A DNA stretch of 62,312 nt, the filler included, from Chthonomonadaceae bacterium (lineage in GTDB: Bacteria; Armatimonadota; Chthonomonadetes; Chthonomonadales; Chthonomonadaceae), in NCBI GenBank assembly GCA_035650735.1. It is 3 parts of 3 records of this genome, joined end to end, with 100 filler letters (N's around TTAATTAATTAA, not from the genome) between each part and the next. Parts side by side here need not be neighbours in the genome. Positions count along the whole stretch, not along the records: positions 33,103 to 62,312 come from DASRGZ010000197.1; 2 more parts are not named here. One strand, given 5' to 3'. This document shows, one piece after another, positions 37,697 through 48,154 of this stretch. A model generated the notes under the pieces. The model was given only the letters and a program-made list of their open reading frames with translations. It was not told the DNA's origin and did not search any database. Made by a program: the position numbers and the translations under genes. How positions within the stretch are numbered: position 1 is the stretch's first letter; each line of letters begins with the position of its first letter.

Positions 37697-38647
37697 GTGA
37701 GCGTTACGCCTGACCTTACAACCCATCTCGGCCCCAACTTAACCCTCGCCACGCCGGTGATTGCCGCGTCGGGGACGTTCGGTTATGGTGAGGAGATTGC
37801 CGACCTGGCCGACTGCGGAAGCCTCAGTGCGCTGATCACGCCTACGCTGACGCTACAGCCGCGACGCGGCAACGCGATGCCGCGTACCGCCGAAGCCAGC
37901 GCCGGGCTGCTGCACGCCACCGGCCTGCCCAATCCTGGCTTGGAGGCCTTTATCGGCGCCTACCTGCCCGGCCTGCGCGCCCTGCCCTGTCCTCTCATCG
38001 TCAGCATCGCCGCCGAGGCCGCGCCGGAGTGGGCGCAGATGGCGCAGCGCCTTGCCGCAGCGGGCGGCATTGCCGCGCTGGAGCTGAACCTCACCCCATT
38101 TCCGCTCCTGGTTGCCGACCGCGCCGCCGCTCCTTACCCTGTCGAAGCGGCCCTCCTGGAGCGCATTCGAGAGGCGGTCGCCGCCGTGCGCGCGGTCACG
38201 GACCTGCCTCTCCTGGCCAAGCTGCCTCCCATCGGCGCTGACATCGGCGCCGCCGCGCAGGCCGCTGCCTCCGTCGGTGCCGACGCGATATCCGTCTCCC
38301 AGGCGTTTCCCGGCATTGCCGTCCGCCTGAGCCGCCGCCGATTTCGATTTCCGGGCGTTGTGGGCGGGCTGTCCGGCCCGTGCATCAAGCCGCTGGCTCT
38401 GTTCCAGGTCTGGCGCGCGGCGCTGGCGGTTCCCCTGCCCATCGTCGGCTCCGGCGGCATCATGACGGCGGAGGACGCCCTGGAATTCCTGGTGGCAGGC
38501 GCCTCCCTGGTCGCCGTCGGCACCGCCAGCTTCGTCCATCCTACCGCCATCGCCGACATCACCGCCGGCATCGCCGCCTATCTGGCCGCGCATCGCCTCG
38601 CTGACCTCCGCTCGTTGGTCGGCGCCGGGCTGCGGGCGGGCCGATAA
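37697..38647 (+). CDS. Dihydroorotate dehydrogenase class 1-like flavoprotein with altered active site
   Basis: ASGTFGYG, GN..PR.AE, GL.NPG, GGLSGP.IKP, GSGGI, AVGTA retained; SCPN replaced by TPFP. Confidence 0.8.
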   Translation: MSVTPDLTTHLGPNLTLATPVIAASGTFGYGEEIADLADCGSLSALITPTLTLQPRRGNAMPRTAEASAGLLHATGLPNPGLEAFIGAYLPGLRALPCPLIVSIAAEAAPEWAQMAQRLAAAGGIAALELNLTPFPLLVADRAAAPYPVEAALLERIREAVAAVRAVTDLPLLAKLPPIGADIGAAAQAAASVGADAISVSQAFPGIAVRLSRRRFRFPGVVGGLSGPCIKPLALFQVWRAALAVPLPIVGSGGIMTAEDALEFLVAGASLVAVGTASFVHPTAIADITAGIAAYLAAHRLADLRSLVGAGLRAGR

Positions 38648-38685
38648 TCTTTCAGCATAAGCCTCGCATAGGGTCTTTCCGTTCT

Positions 38686-38866
38686 GGCCCCCAGCCCCCT
38701 CTCCCGGCGCTGCGGGAGAGGGGAGAGTCAGGATTGGCTTCTGCTCCCCTTCTCCCATGCAGGGAGAAGGGCCGGGGAGGAGGGAAGATAAAAGAGAACC
38801 GAAGGACCTGAGAGTGAGGTCTCTCCCCTCTCCCACGCTGCGGGAGAGGGGTCGGGGGTGAGGGCC
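38686..38866. repeat. REP-like family A cluster
   Basis: Three GC-rich hairpins, e.g. CCCCTCTCCCACGCTGCGGGAGAGGGG. Confidence 0.85.
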
Positions 38867-38870
38867 GCAT

Positions 38871-38900
38871 AAAAAATGGGGCGCACCCTCGGTGCGCCCC
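38871..38900 (-). terminator. Rho-independent terminator after rseP
   Basis: GGGGCGCACC/GGTGCGCCCC stem with A6 on the + strand. Confidence 0.8.
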
Positions 38901-38927
38901 GCAAATGAGCCTGCCGATTGCCTCCGC

Positions 38928-40271
38928 CTACGGCTTGGGCAGCAGGCGGAGAATGTCGTTGTACATCACCAGGACAAACAGCACGCAGATGATCGAAAGT
39001 CCCACCATCTGCCAGGTAGCGACCTCGCGGCTGGAGAGCTTACGGCGGCGAATGCCCTCAATCGCCAGCAGCATCAGGTGCCCGCCGTCCAGGATGGGAA
39101 TGGGGAACAGGTTCACCAGCCCCAGGCTGACGCTGAGCATGGCCGCCGTGAACATTACCTGCCGGAAGCCCTGCTTGCTGTCATCGTGAATGATCTTGGC
39201 AATGGCGACCGGCCCGCCAATGTTCTCCCGCACATGCGGGCTGAACAGGGTTTGAATCGTGCCGGTTATCTCAAAATAGGTGATGGCCGTGCCGCGCTTG
39301 ACCGCCGCGATGGGCGTATACCGCTTCCAGTTGAAGACCAGGTTCGGCCCAATGCTCAGGCGCCCTTCTAGCTTGCTGACCTTCTTGCCGTTCTCCTCCA
39401 CCGTTACCGGCACGGCTTCGGGCGTGACGGTATAGGGGATGGTCTGGCCGTCACGCTGGACGACCAGATGGATCGGGTGGTTTGCGTTTTCGTGGATCAG
39501 CTTGGCCATGCTCTCCCAGGTGCGAATGGGCACGCCATTGATCTGAATGATTTTGTCGCCCGCCTTCAGCCCGGCGCGATCCGCCGCCTTGCCCTTGACC
39601 ACCTCGCCGATGGTATTATCCAGGTTCTCCAGGTTCGGCAGTCCCGTCGTAAAGCCCATCATGCAGAAGAGGGCGTAGCCGAAGAAGAGGCTCATCAGCG
39701 GCCCGGCAAAGATGACGGCAGCCCGCTGCCAGATCGGCTTCTGGTTGTAGCCGTTGGGATCCGGCATATCCATCGCCGCGCCCAGGATCGCCTCCAGATA
39801 GCGATGCTCATCGCTGTTGATGCTGGTGCTATGGAGAAGCGCCTGCAACTCCTCGCGGCCGTTGGAAGTCAACTGTGCATCACTGCCGATGGCCTGCTCG
39901 ACCGCCTGCCGAACGCGCTCCGAGACGTTATCAAGCTGGATGCCCTCCAGCGCCTCTTCCCGCAGCCCGCGCAGCGTCTTCTCCGGACGGTTGGCCGTCG
40001 AGTTGCGCCGCTTGAAGATGGGAGCGCCGTTGGAGATGTCGTCCGGTTCCATGCCCGCGATCTTGACAAAACCGCCTAGCGGTACCGTGCGGATGTTATA
40101 TTCGGTTCCGTTGCGTTCGCCGAGGCGGATCAGCCGCTTGCCGAAAAAGAGCGAGAAATCCTCGACTCGCATCCGGCAGAGCTTGGCTACGATAAAATGG
40201 CCCCATTCATGCACGATGACCAGCACGCTCAATACTAACAGAAAATAGACGACGGTTTTGATAATATCCAT
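38928..40271 (-). CDS. rseP: RIP metalloprotease RseP (M50, PDZ)
   Basis: HEWGH, PLGGFVKIAG, PDZ domain, NLFPIPILDGG; follows dxr. Confidence 0.92.
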   Translation of the reverse strand: MDIIKTVVYFLLVLSVLVIVHEWGHFIVAKLCRMRVEDFSLFFGKRLIRLGERNGTEYNIRTVPLGGFVKIAGMEPDDISNGAPIFKRRNSTANRPEKTLRGLREEALEGIQLDNVSERVRQAVEQAIGSDAQLTSNGREELQALLHSTSINSDEHRYLEAILGAAMDMPDPNGYNQKPIWQRAAVIFAGPLMSLFFGYALFCMMGFTTGLPNLENLDNTIGEVVKGKAADRAGLKAGDKIIQINGVPIRTWESMAKLIHENANHPIHLVVQRDGQTIPYTVTPEAVPVTVEENGKKVSKLEGRLSIGPNLVFNWKRYTPIAAVKRGTAITYFEITGTIQTLFSPHVRENIGGPVAIAKIIHDDSKQGFRQVMFTAAMLSVSLGLVNLFPIPILDGGHLMLLAIEGIRRRKLSSREVATWQMVGLSIICVLFVLVMYNDILRLLPKP

Positions 40272-40352
40272 CGCTGACAGGCTCCTTGACTAAATTCCCC
40301 TACGCACAAATCGTTCCAACAGCGCTATTTCAAATTCTATCACTTAATGCGA

Positions 40353-40482
40353 CCGGGCCATGAAAGACCCGTCTCGTGGGCCTGACGGCCAACCGTCCTG
40401 CGGACGGAACCCTCGGCTAGAGGCAGTGTCCGCCAGGACGCCTGGCGGCAAAGCCGCCCTATAGACGGGTCATTCATGGCCC
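40353..40482. repeat. REPIN-like family B element
   Basis: GGGCCATGAA.GACCCGTCT terminal IR; internal CCGTCC-TGC-GGACGG hairpin. Confidence 0.75.
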
Positions 40483-40488
40483 ATCTAC

Positions 40489-41631
40489 CTAACGTGAGTA
40501 ACTGACTTGCTGCCGCGCCCAGGCGTCGGCTTCTAATATATTTTCCAGGGTCGGCTCCACAGGAGCATGGCGCTCCATCGTCTGCTCGACACGGCGCCTC
40601 ATCTCCGGATACGGTATCTTGCGCTCCAGAAACAGGCCGACCGCCGCTTCATTGGCGGCATTCATCACGGCCGGCATCGTGCCGCCCTGCGCCGCCGCCC
40701 ACCGCGCCAGCCGTAGCGCGGGAAACTTGTCTTCGTCGGGGGCCTCGAACGTCAGGCTGGCAAAATCGCGCAGATGCAGGCGCGGCAGGTCGGTGTCCAC
40801 CCGCTCCGGATAGACCAGCGCATACTGGATCGGCAGGCGCATATCCGGCAGGCCCAGCTGGGCCAGCGTCGAGCCGTCCCGAAAACGCACCATCGAATGC
40901 ACGATAGACTGCGGGTGAATGACGACCTCCACCTGCTCCACCGGCACATCAAACAGCCACCGGGCTTCGATAATCTCCAGACCCTTGTTCATCAGCGTGG
41001 CCGAGTTGATCGTCACCAGGCCACCCATGTTCCAGGTCGGATGTTTTAGCGCCTGCTCCGGCGTGACGTCCGCCAGGGCCTCCTTCGGCACTGTCCGAAA
41101 AGGCCCGCCGGAAGCCGTCAGCAGGATGCGCTCGACGCTCTTTTCCGGCGCTCCCTGTAGGCACTGAAAAATGGCGGAGTGCTCGCTATCAATCGGCAAG
41201 ATGCGCGCGCCTTTGGCCCGCGCCAGCGCCATGGTCGGCTCGCCCGCCGCCACCAGCACCTCTTTGCTGGCCAGGGCGATGTCCTTGCCGGCTTTCAGGG
41301 CCGCATGCGTCGGCGCAATGCCGATAGCCCCCGCCACCGCGACGACCACCAGATCGGCCTCCGGCAGTGTGGCTAGCTCACACATACCTTCGACGCCGCA
41401 GAGGGCGCGCGTGTTCCCACCGCACAGGCGGGCACGCAGATTTTCGGCAAGCCCGCTCGTACCTATGGATACGCAGGGAACCTGGAAAGAATTAGCCTGT
41501 TCCGCCAGCAGCTCTGTATTATTATTGGCCGCCAGTCCTACAATTTGGAACTGCCCCGGCAGCCTGCGGATAATATCGAGCGTCTGCGTGCCGATGGAAC
41601 CGGTCGAGCCAAGAACGACCACTCGCTTCAT
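40489..41631 (-). CDS. dxr: 1-deoxy-D-xylulose 5-phosphate reductoisomerase
   Basis: LGSTGSIGTQTL, PIDSEHSAIFQ, LTASGGPF, HPTWNMG, NKGLE. Confidence 0.97.
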   Translation of the reverse strand: MKRVVVLGSTGSIGTQTLDIIRRLPGQFQIVGLAANNNTELLAEQANSFQVPCVSIGTSGLAENLRARLCGGNTRALCGVEGMCELATLPEADLVVVAVAGAIGIAPTHAALKAGKDIALASKEVLVAAGEPTMALARAKGARILPIDSEHSAIFQCLQGAPEKSVERILLTASGGPFRTVPKEALADVTPEQALKHPTWNMGGLVTINSATLMNKGLEIIEARWLFDVPVEQVEVVIHPQSIVHSMVRFRDGSTLAQLGLPDMRLPIQYALVYPERVDTDLPRLHLRDFASLTFEAPDEDKFPALRLARWAAAQGGTMPAVMNAANEAAVGLFLERKIPYPEMRRRVEQTMERHAPVEPTLENILEADAWARQQVSYSR

Positions 41632-41641
41632 TGGGTAGTCT

Positions 41642-42397
41642 CTATTCTACCACCGCGCCAAACTTGCGCGTGCGTTTCTGGTAGTCGGCAAGAGCGGCGA
41701 TCAAATGCTCCCGGTTGAAGTCGGGCCAGCAGACCGGCGTGACGTGGATCTCGGCGTAGGCGGTCTCCCAGAGCAGAAAATTGGAGAGCCGCAATTCGCC
41801 TGCCGTGCGGATCAGCAGATCGGGGTCGGGAATGTCGGGGGCATACAGGTGGGCGGCAATGGCCGCCTCGTCAATCGCTTCCGGGGCCATCTCGCCCCGC
41901 TGCACGGCGTGGGCCAGGGCGCGCACCGCATCCACCACCTCCGCGCGCCCGCCATAGTTGATCGCCAGGTTGAAGGTCATGCGGTTGAAGTCGGCGGTCC
42001 GCCGCATGGCGTCTTCAAACTCCGCCCGCAGATCGGGGGGAAGCTCGTGCAGCCGTCCGGAGATCCGCACGCGGATATGGTTTTGCACCAGCTCCTCAAT
42101 CTCGGCGCGCATGGCATCGAGCATCAGGTGCATCAGGCCGCTGACCTCCTCCTCGGGCCGGCGCCAGTTCTCGGAGGAAAACCCGTAGACGGTCAGGTAG
42201 CGCACGCCCAATTCGTCCGCCGCATAGACGATCTGCTTGAGCGTGCGATAGCCTTGCCAGTGGCCAACCAGCCGATCCTGTCCCCGGGCGCGCGCCCAGC
42301 GTCCGTTGCCATCCATGATGATAGCGACATGCGCCGGGATGCGGCCGGGGTCCAGTCCCGCACATTCGGCAGGGGTCAGCGGGTGGGAAAGTGCCAT
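41642..42397 (-). CDS. uppS: Undecaprenyl diphosphate synthase
   Basis: HVAIIMDGNGRWA, FSSENWRRP, NYGGR, DLLIRTAGELRLSNFLLW. Confidence 0.96.
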   Translation of the reverse strand: MALSHPLTPAECAGLDPGRIPAHVAIIMDGNGRWARARGQDRLVGHWQGYRTLKQIVYAADELGVRYLTVYGFSSENWRRPEEEVSGLMHLMLDAMRAEIEELVQNHIRVRISGRLHELPPDLRAEFEDAMRRTADFNRMTFNLAINYGGRAEVVDAVRALAHAVQRGEMAPEAIDEAAIAAHLYAPDIPDPDLLIRTAGELRLSNFLLWETAYAEIHVTPVCWPDFNREHLIAALADYQKRTRKFGAVVE

Positions 42398-42402
42398 GCC
42401 TG

Positions 42403-42960
42403 TCAGACCTCCAGCAGTTCCGCCTCTTTGGCCTTGGTCAGTTGATCGATCTCGGCGATGTACTTATCCACCAGCTTCTGGACCTGATCGGCGGCGCGCT
42501 TCTCTTCGTTCTCGGAGATTTCGCTGGCCTTCTTGGCGGCTTGTAGATGCTTGATGGCCTCATGGCGATTGTTACGGATGGCAACGCGCCCCATTTCGGC
42601 CTTCTGATGCACCTGCTTGATCAGCTCCTTGCGGCGCTCCTCGTTGAGCGGCGGGATATTGAGCCGGATCGCCGCGCCGTCATTGTTCGGGTTCAGGTTG
42701 ACATCCGACTTGAGAATGCCCTTCTCGATATGCGGCAGCGCGTTGCGGTCAAACGGCGTGATCAGCAGTTGGCGCGGTTCCGGAACGGTGATGGCGGCGA
42801 CCTGATTGAGCGGCAGCGTCGTACCGTACATATCCACCTTGACATGCTCCAGGATGGCAGGGCTGGCGCGGCCCGTTCGAATCAGCGTGAATTCGTGGCG
42901 CGTCGCCTCTATGCTCTTCTTCATCTTTGCTTCGGTCTCTTTAAGTAGTTCCGGTATCAT
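42403..42960 (-). CDS. frr: Ribosome recycling factor
   Basis: IRTGRASP, PPLNEERRKEL, KEAELLEV; start ATG 42960. Confidence 0.96.
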   Translation of the reverse strand: MIPELLKETEAKMKKSIEATRHEFTLIRTGRASPAILEHVKVDMYGTTLPLNQVAAITVPEPRQLLITPFDRNALPHIEKGILKSDVNLNPNNDGAAIRLNIPPLNEERRKELIKQVHQKAEMGRVAIRNNRHEAIKHLQAAKKASEISENEEKRAADQVQKLVDKYIAEIDQLTKAKEAELLEV

Positions 42961-43463
42961 CGCGGTCTCCTTTGAGAATTTAGATACGGAGAATGAAAGC
43001 GCGCATCTGTGCGAAAATACCAATATTGCCAGAAGCGGCCCGACGAATCGCGCTCGATCTCACCCGTCAGAGGATCCATATATTCTACAACTTCCCTTTC
43101 CGTCTCCTGGCCTTGTCGGATATTTAGCACCACGACGGCATGATCTTGCGTCGTTGAGAGAAACAGATTCAGCAGAGTGGCAATAACAGGTTGGGCATCT
43201 TCTTCATCCGTAACGGCTGCGCGCAATAAATCTTGCGCCTCTGCTTCGGTTGGCGCTATCAGTTCCTCTATATCGAAGCCGGCCTCTCGCAAGCCATCCA
43301 GGGCTAAATCCAGTACGCAGCCTTCCGGCTCTTCTCTACACCACTCGGAAACCTCGCCCGGCGACGCTTGAACTTTATTCCAGAGCAGAACCGCGCGAAC
43401 GGCAGTAGGCAGGCAACTATTGCTGCTCGGCGGCTGTCGTAATGGACGAAAGTTTTCGACCAT
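42957..43463 (-). CDS. Papain-like (C39-like) cysteine peptidase domain protein
   Basis: Q-x5-C (QPPSSNSC), HAVVV, YMDP triad pattern. Confidence 0.7.
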   Translation of the reverse strand: MVENFRPLRQPPSSNSCLPTAVRAVLLWNKVQASPGEVSEWCREEPEGCVLDLALDGLREAGFDIEELIAPTEAEAQDLLRAAVTDEEDAQPVIATLLNLFLSTTQDHAVVVLNIRQGQETEREVVEYMDPLTGEIERDSSGRFWQYWYFRTDARFHSPYLNSQRRPR

Positions 43464-43974
43464 GCAGCTTCTCGCGTATCTGTTCGCATGTCGAAGTCAG
43501 ATCAGAAAGGACCATCCCGTTAGCATCCAGAACCACCTGTCCCAAATGTGCGCTATTACTGGCCACACCGAGAGGAACATACCATCTTTCGCCCCGAATT
43601 TTCGGGATACCTAGAGTGACTGCATCACCTAAATGCTGCCGCACCCAGGCGCCTGCTTGATAGCGCACGGCGTAGGAGCGCAGCCGCTGCGCTACCTCAG
43701 GCCATATACGGTTCTCAATAGTATCCTGGAACACGCCTGAGTTTTGCCTCTCAAAAGGAGAGGGGAGTTCGCTTTGCAGCGCCGCCTGGATGACGGGAGC
43801 AAGCTTACTGCGGTAGGCTGCCAGCCAGTCTGCAAAGGCGTTCTGCCGCTCCGCTTCCGTATGCGGCACGCGAAAGGAGGCATCTGCCTCGATTGCAGCG
43901 ATCACTTCGGCGATGCATCGGGCAATTTTGGCGTCATAACCATCTCGCTCGCCTGGAAATTTTGCCGGGCTCAT
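43417..43974 (-). CDS. Hypothetical protein
   Basis: 185-aa ORF with RBS GAGGGAG, coupled to the peptidase gene. Confidence 0.65.
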   Translation of the reverse strand: MSPAKFPGERDGYDAKIARCIAEVIAAIEADASFRVPHTEAERQNAFADWLAAYRSKLAPVIQAALQSELPSPFERQNSGVFQDTIENRIWPEVAQRLRSYAVRYQAGAWVRQHLGDAVTLGIPKIRGERWYVPLGVASNSAHLGQVVLDANGMVLSDLTSTCEQIREKLHGRKLSSITTAAEQQ

Positions 43975-43996
43975 TGTTCTCCGCTCCCTCTACAGC

Positions 43997-44860
43997 TTAT
44001 ACAGCGGCGCTGCTGACGATAGTGCCGATGTCCTCACCAAGCACGACGCGGCGGATGTTGCCCTCCTGCGCGATGTCGAAGACGACGATAGGGATGTCGT
44101 ACTCCTTGCAGAAGGTGAAGGCGGTCTGATCCATGACGCGCAGGTTATTGTGGATGCAGTCGTCGTAGGTCAGGTGCGTGTAGCGGCAAGCCTCAGGAAA
44201 CTTGCGCGGGTCTTTGTCATAGATGCCGTCCACATTGGTAGCTTTGAGGACGGCGGCGGCGCGGATCTCATTGGCGCGCAGGGCAGCGGCAGTATCCGTA
44301 GTGAAGAACGGGTTACCGGTGCCGCCCGCCAGCACGATGACGCGGCCCTTCTCCAGATGGCGAATGGCCCGGCGGCGGATAAACGGCTCGGCGACCTCGG
44401 CCATGGCGATAGCGCTCATGACGCGCGTGGGCACGCCCAGCTTCTCCAGGGCATCCTGGAGGGCCATGCCGTTGATGACCGTGCCCAGCATCCCCATGTA
44501 GTCAGCAGCGGCCCGCTCCATGCCCGCTTCGGCGGCCCGCTCGCCCCGGATGATGTTGCCCGCACCGATGACCACAGCGATCTCGACGCCTGCCTGGTAG
44601 GCCGCCACGATCTCGCCGGCGATGGCGCGGATGGTGGCGTAGTTGAGCCCGACGCGCGGCTCGGTTCCCATCTCTTTAGACGCGCGGGCCGAGGCGCCAT
44701 GTTCGGCGGCGAACGCCTCGCCGGAGAGCTTTAAGAGCACACGCCGCCAGCGCAGGGGGCGATCCGCACGGCGGGGAGACATGGAAACATCGGCGGCAGC
44801 CTGATCGCTGCGCGCCGATGTTTCCGCCCGATTCAAAGCCGTCTGTTTGGCAGCCTCCAT
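43997..44860 (-). CDS. pyrH: Uridylate kinase
   Basis: [39 protein letters not shown]. Confidence 0.97.
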   Translation of the reverse strand: MEAAKQTALNRAETSARSDQAAADVSMSPRRADRPLRWRRVLLKLSGEAFAAEHGASARASKEMGTEPRVGLNYATIRAIAGEIVAAYQAGVEIAVVIGAGNIIRGERAAEAGMERAAADYMGMLGTVINGMALQDALEKLGVPTRVMSAIAMAEVAEPFIRRRAIRHLEKGRVIVLAGGTGNPFFTTDTAAALRANEIRAAAVLKATNVDGIYDKDPRKFPEACRYTHLTYDDCIHNNLRVMDQTAFTFCKEYDIPIVVFDIAQEGNIRRVVLGEDIGTIVSSAAV

Positions 44861-45798
44861 TATCCGGCCTGTCCCTCCGGCGCCTCGGCCTGCTCCTTGA
44901 TGGCCCCGGACGTGGCCGCGCCGACGATGTTCTCGCCGACCTCGTAGCGGACATAGCGGCGCAGGGAGATGCCCTCGCCCGCTTCCTTGATGATCTGGCT
45001 GACCGTTTTCTTCGGTTCGCGCATATAGGGCTGATCGAGCAGCACCGCGTCCTCGTAGAACTTCTTGACGCGGCCCTCGACGATCTTATCCAGCGCGGCT
45101 TCCGGTCGGCCCTCATTGCGGGCCTGCGTGCGGGCGATCTCGCGCTCGTCCTCCAGCACCTTAGCCGGAACCTCCTCGCGGGTCATGTAGCGAGGGCGGG
45201 ACGCGGCGATCTGCATCGCCAGCTCCTTGCCTAGGGTGAGCACCTTCTCGCTTCTGGCGGCTTCGGGCGAGGGCGCCTCCAGTTCCACCAGCACGCCGAT
45301 CTTATCGTTGGCGGGCACGTGGACGTAGGCGGCAACCGTGCCGTTCTGGTCCGTGGAGATAAACTCAAAGCGCCGGAACACGATCTTTTCGCGCAGCTTG
45401 GTAAACACGTCGTTGATGCGGTCCTGCACGGTCAGAGAGGCATTGGCGGCCGACGGCTGGGCCAGGACGGTCTCGACGCTGTGGCCGCGGGCGCGCACGA
45501 CCTGCTCGGCCAGCTCGCGGGCCAGCGCCTTGAACTCATCGTTGCGGGCCACGAAGTCGGTCTCCGAGTTCAACTCGACAATGGCGGCGTCCTGGTTGTC
45601 CACGACATGAACGGCGATCACGCCTTCGGCGGTGGCACGCTCCCGCGTAGAGAGCTTGCCGCCGATCTTCTTGCGCAGATACTTGATGGCCTCCTCGAAG
45701 TCGCCCTGGGTCGCGTTGAGCGCCTCCTTGCAATCCATCATGCCCGCGCCGGTTCGCTCGCGCAGATCTTTGACCATCGCGGCGGTAATCACTGGCAT
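44860..45798 (-). CDS. tsf: Elongation factor Ts
   Basis: [35 protein letters not shown]. Confidence 0.97.
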   Translation of the reverse strand: MPVITAAMVKDLRERTGAGMMDCKEALNATQGDFEEAIKYLRKKIGGKLSTRERATAEGVIAVHVVDNQDAAIVELNSETDFVARNDEFKALARELAEQVVRARGHSVETVLAQPSAANASLTVQDRINDVFTKLREKIVFRRFEFISTDQNGTVAAYVHVPANDKIGVLVELEAPSPEAARSEKVLTLGKELAMQIAASRPRYMTREEVPAKVLEDEREIARTQARNEGRPEAALDKIVEGRVKKFYEDAVLLDQPYMREPKKTVSQIIKEAGEGISLRRYVRYEVGENIVGAATSGAIKEQAEAPEGQAG

Positions 45799-45848
45799 GG
45801 CTAATCAATCCTTCCGTAGCGTTATATTATCTCTTTAACGCTCTCGCT

Positions 45849-46718
45849 CTATTCCTCTTCGGTCAGGGCGGCCATCTGGGAATATTCGTCCTCGATGCCG
45901 GGCCGGTAGACGTAATCCGTTTCGACGAGCTTTTCCTCGACGGCGGCCTCTGCGGGGAGAGCGTCCACATCCGGCTTCTCCGGCTCTTCCTCTTCCGGCA
46001 CGGCGGGCTGGGCCGCCGCTTCCTCAGCATCCCACTCGGCCTGCTTGATCTCGGCAATAGCGTCGGCGACCTTGCCGGTAATGAGCTTGATGGCGCGGAT
46101 AGCGTCGTCGTTGCCGGGAATAACGTAATCTACCTCATCGGGGTCGCAGTTGGTATCCACGAGCCCGACGATGGGGATCTCCAGGCGGCGGGCCTCCGCC
46201 ACGGCGATGTGCTCCTTCTTGAGATCCACCACAAAGAGGCAGTCCGGAAGCGAGCCCATCTCTTTAATGCCGCCCAGGTAGCGCTCCAGCTTTTCCTTCT
46301 CTTCCATCAGCAGGCTGGCCTCTTTCTTGGTCAGCCGATCCATCACGCCAGTTGCCTGCATGTTCTCCAACTCGGCCAGGCGCTTGATGCGGTCGCGGAT
46401 GGTGCGGTAGTTGGTCAGCATGCCGCCGAGCCAGCGCGCATTGACGTAGTACTGCCGGCAGCGCTGCGCCGATTCCTTGATGGCATCCTCCGCCTGCTTT
46501 TTGGTGCCCACGAAGAGCACCTTGCCGCCGTTGGCGACGACCTCCTGAACAAACTTCTGGGCCTCGTCGAAGAGCTTAAGGGTCTGGTGCAGGTCAATAA
46601 TATAGATGCCGTTGCGGGCGCCGTAGATATAGCGTTTCATCTTCGGGTTCCAGCGGCGCGTCGGATGCCCGAAATGGACTCCCGCTTCGAGGAGCTCTTT
46701 CATAGAGAGTGAAGCCAA
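45849..46718 (-). CDS. rpsB: 30S ribosomal protein S2
   Basis: [35 protein letters not shown] start after AGGAGG. Confidence 0.97.
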   Translation of the reverse strand: MASLSMKELLEAGVHFGHPTRRWNPKMKRYIYGARNGIYIIDLHQTLKLFDEAQKFVQEVVANGGKVLFVGTKKQAEDAIKESAQRCRQYYVNARWLGGMLTNYRTIRDRIKRLAELENMQATGVMDRLTKKEASLLMEEKEKLERYLGGIKEMGSLPDCLFVVDLKKEHIAVAEARRLEIPIVGLVDTNCDPDEVDYVIPGNDDAIRAIKLITGKVADAIAEIKQAEWDAEEAAAQPAVPEEEEPEKPDVDALPAEAAVEEKLVETDYVYRPGIEDEYSQMAALTEEE

Positions 46719-47150
46719 ATTCTTTCCTCCTTGGGTTGATGGCGTTCCCTGCAAGTCCAGGGACCATGCGCCCCGGAACCGCGCCCGGGTTGGCCTCTTC
46801 CTTCAAGGACTTGAGCAGGGTAACGTGCCCTCCTGGCGCCTCATTCCCGACAGACAAGGGGATTGCCCTCACCCACCGCCGAGTCAGCGCCAGTGCGAGT
46901 TGTTGTGCGGCACGAGCAACAGGAATTTGCCGTGCCGACTCCATTTTGAGTCAGACACAAACCGAATAAGTGTACCTCAATTACCCGCGTAAATCAAGCA
47001 AAAATCGAGGCTGCATCGCGCGGCGGCCTGCCTTTTGGTTTGGCAAAGTAGGAAAGCGCGCTGTGCAGGGCGAATTCTGGGTTGGTATTCTCTACGTTTG
47101 ATCTGGCCGTGACGCAGAAGGTCTGTACCAAGTCTGGAGGAGAGGCGCCG

Positions 47151-48056
47151 ATGTGGAAATTGGCTTTGCATTCCGTCAGTTATGCCGGGGTCTGGGAGGG
47201 GCAGGCCGCCCTCTCGCTGGAGGAGTTCCTCGATCATGCGGCGGAGTTAGGTTATCAGGGAGTGATGCTCATGGCGAAGGGCCGGCATGCCTCGCTGCTG
47301 GCCATGCCGGAGGATCGCCGCCGCGCGATACGCGATCAGATGCAGCGGCGCGGCCTGGAACTGGCCGCCCTGGCCGCCTATAACGACTTCACCCTCGGCG
47401 TAGAGCGGCCCGATATTCCCCTGGTGGAGATGCAGGCACTCTATATCCGCGAATGCGCCCGGCTAACGCGCGACCTGGGCGGGCGCATCGTGCGCATCTT
47501 TACCGGCTATGAGCGCAGCGAGCTGACGCCCGCGCAAAGCTGGTCGCGGTGCGTGAAGGCAGTAAAGGAGTGCGCGCGCCAGGCGGCAGACTACGACGTG
47601 ACGCTGGCCGTGCAGAACCACCACGATGTCGCCGTCCACTACGAAGCCCTGCGCGATTTCCTGACCGAGGTAGATGAGCCTAACGTCAAGGCCGGCTACG
47701 ATGCCTGGGCGCCGACGCTCCAGGGGCTTAGCGGTGAGCCGTTAGCCGAGGCGGTGCGCCGTCTGGCTCCCTTCCTTGTGCAGACCATCGTCGCCGATTA
47801 CGTGCTCCAGCCGCGCTTCCACTATAACCCTGCGCTGACCAACTATACGCCCGCCCAGGCGGAGGCGAAGGCCGTGCCGGTCGGCGAGGGCATCATTGAT
47901 TATGCCTCGTTTTTCGCCGCGCTCCGCGAGATCGGTTACACCGGCTTCGTGACCTACGAGATGTGCTCGGCGTTGCGCGGCGGCGGCAGCCTGGAGAACC
48001 TGGACCGTTACGCCCGGCGTTTCCTACACTGGATGGAGCCGTTCCAGCCGGCATAG
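47151..48056 (+). CDS. Sugar-phosphate isomerase/epimerase (xylose-isomerase-like TIM barrel)
   Basis: AAELGYQGV, LAVQNHH, GEGIIDY, YTGFVTYE. Confidence 0.82.
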   Translation: MWKLALHSVSYAGVWEGQAALSLEEFLDHAAELGYQGVMLMAKGRHASLLAMPEDRRRAIRDQMQRRGLELAALAAYNDFTLGVERPDIPLVEMQALYIRECARLTRDLGGRIVRIFTGYERSELTPAQSWSRCVKAVKECARQAADYDVTLAVQNHHDVAVHYEALRDFLTEVDEPNVKAGYDAWAPTLQGLSGEPLAEAVRRLAPFLVQTIVADYVLQPRFHYNPALTNYTPAQAEAKAVPVGEGIIDYASFFAALREIGYTGFVTYEMCSALRGGGSLENLDRYARRFLHWMEPFQPA

Positions 48057-48057
48057 T

Positions 48058-48150
48058 ACAGGGTGTAGGGGATAGGGGGTAGGGTGTAGGGGCGCGCTCA
48101 CCCCCTACCCCCTCTCCCGGCGCTGCGGGAGAGGGGGGATGGGGGATTAG
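48058..48150. repeat. AGGGTGTAGGGG tandem plus REP-like family A hairpin
   Basis: Direct repeat followed by CCCCTCTCCCGGCGCTGCGGGAGAGGGG. Confidence 0.75.
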
Positions 48151-48154
48151 GCGA

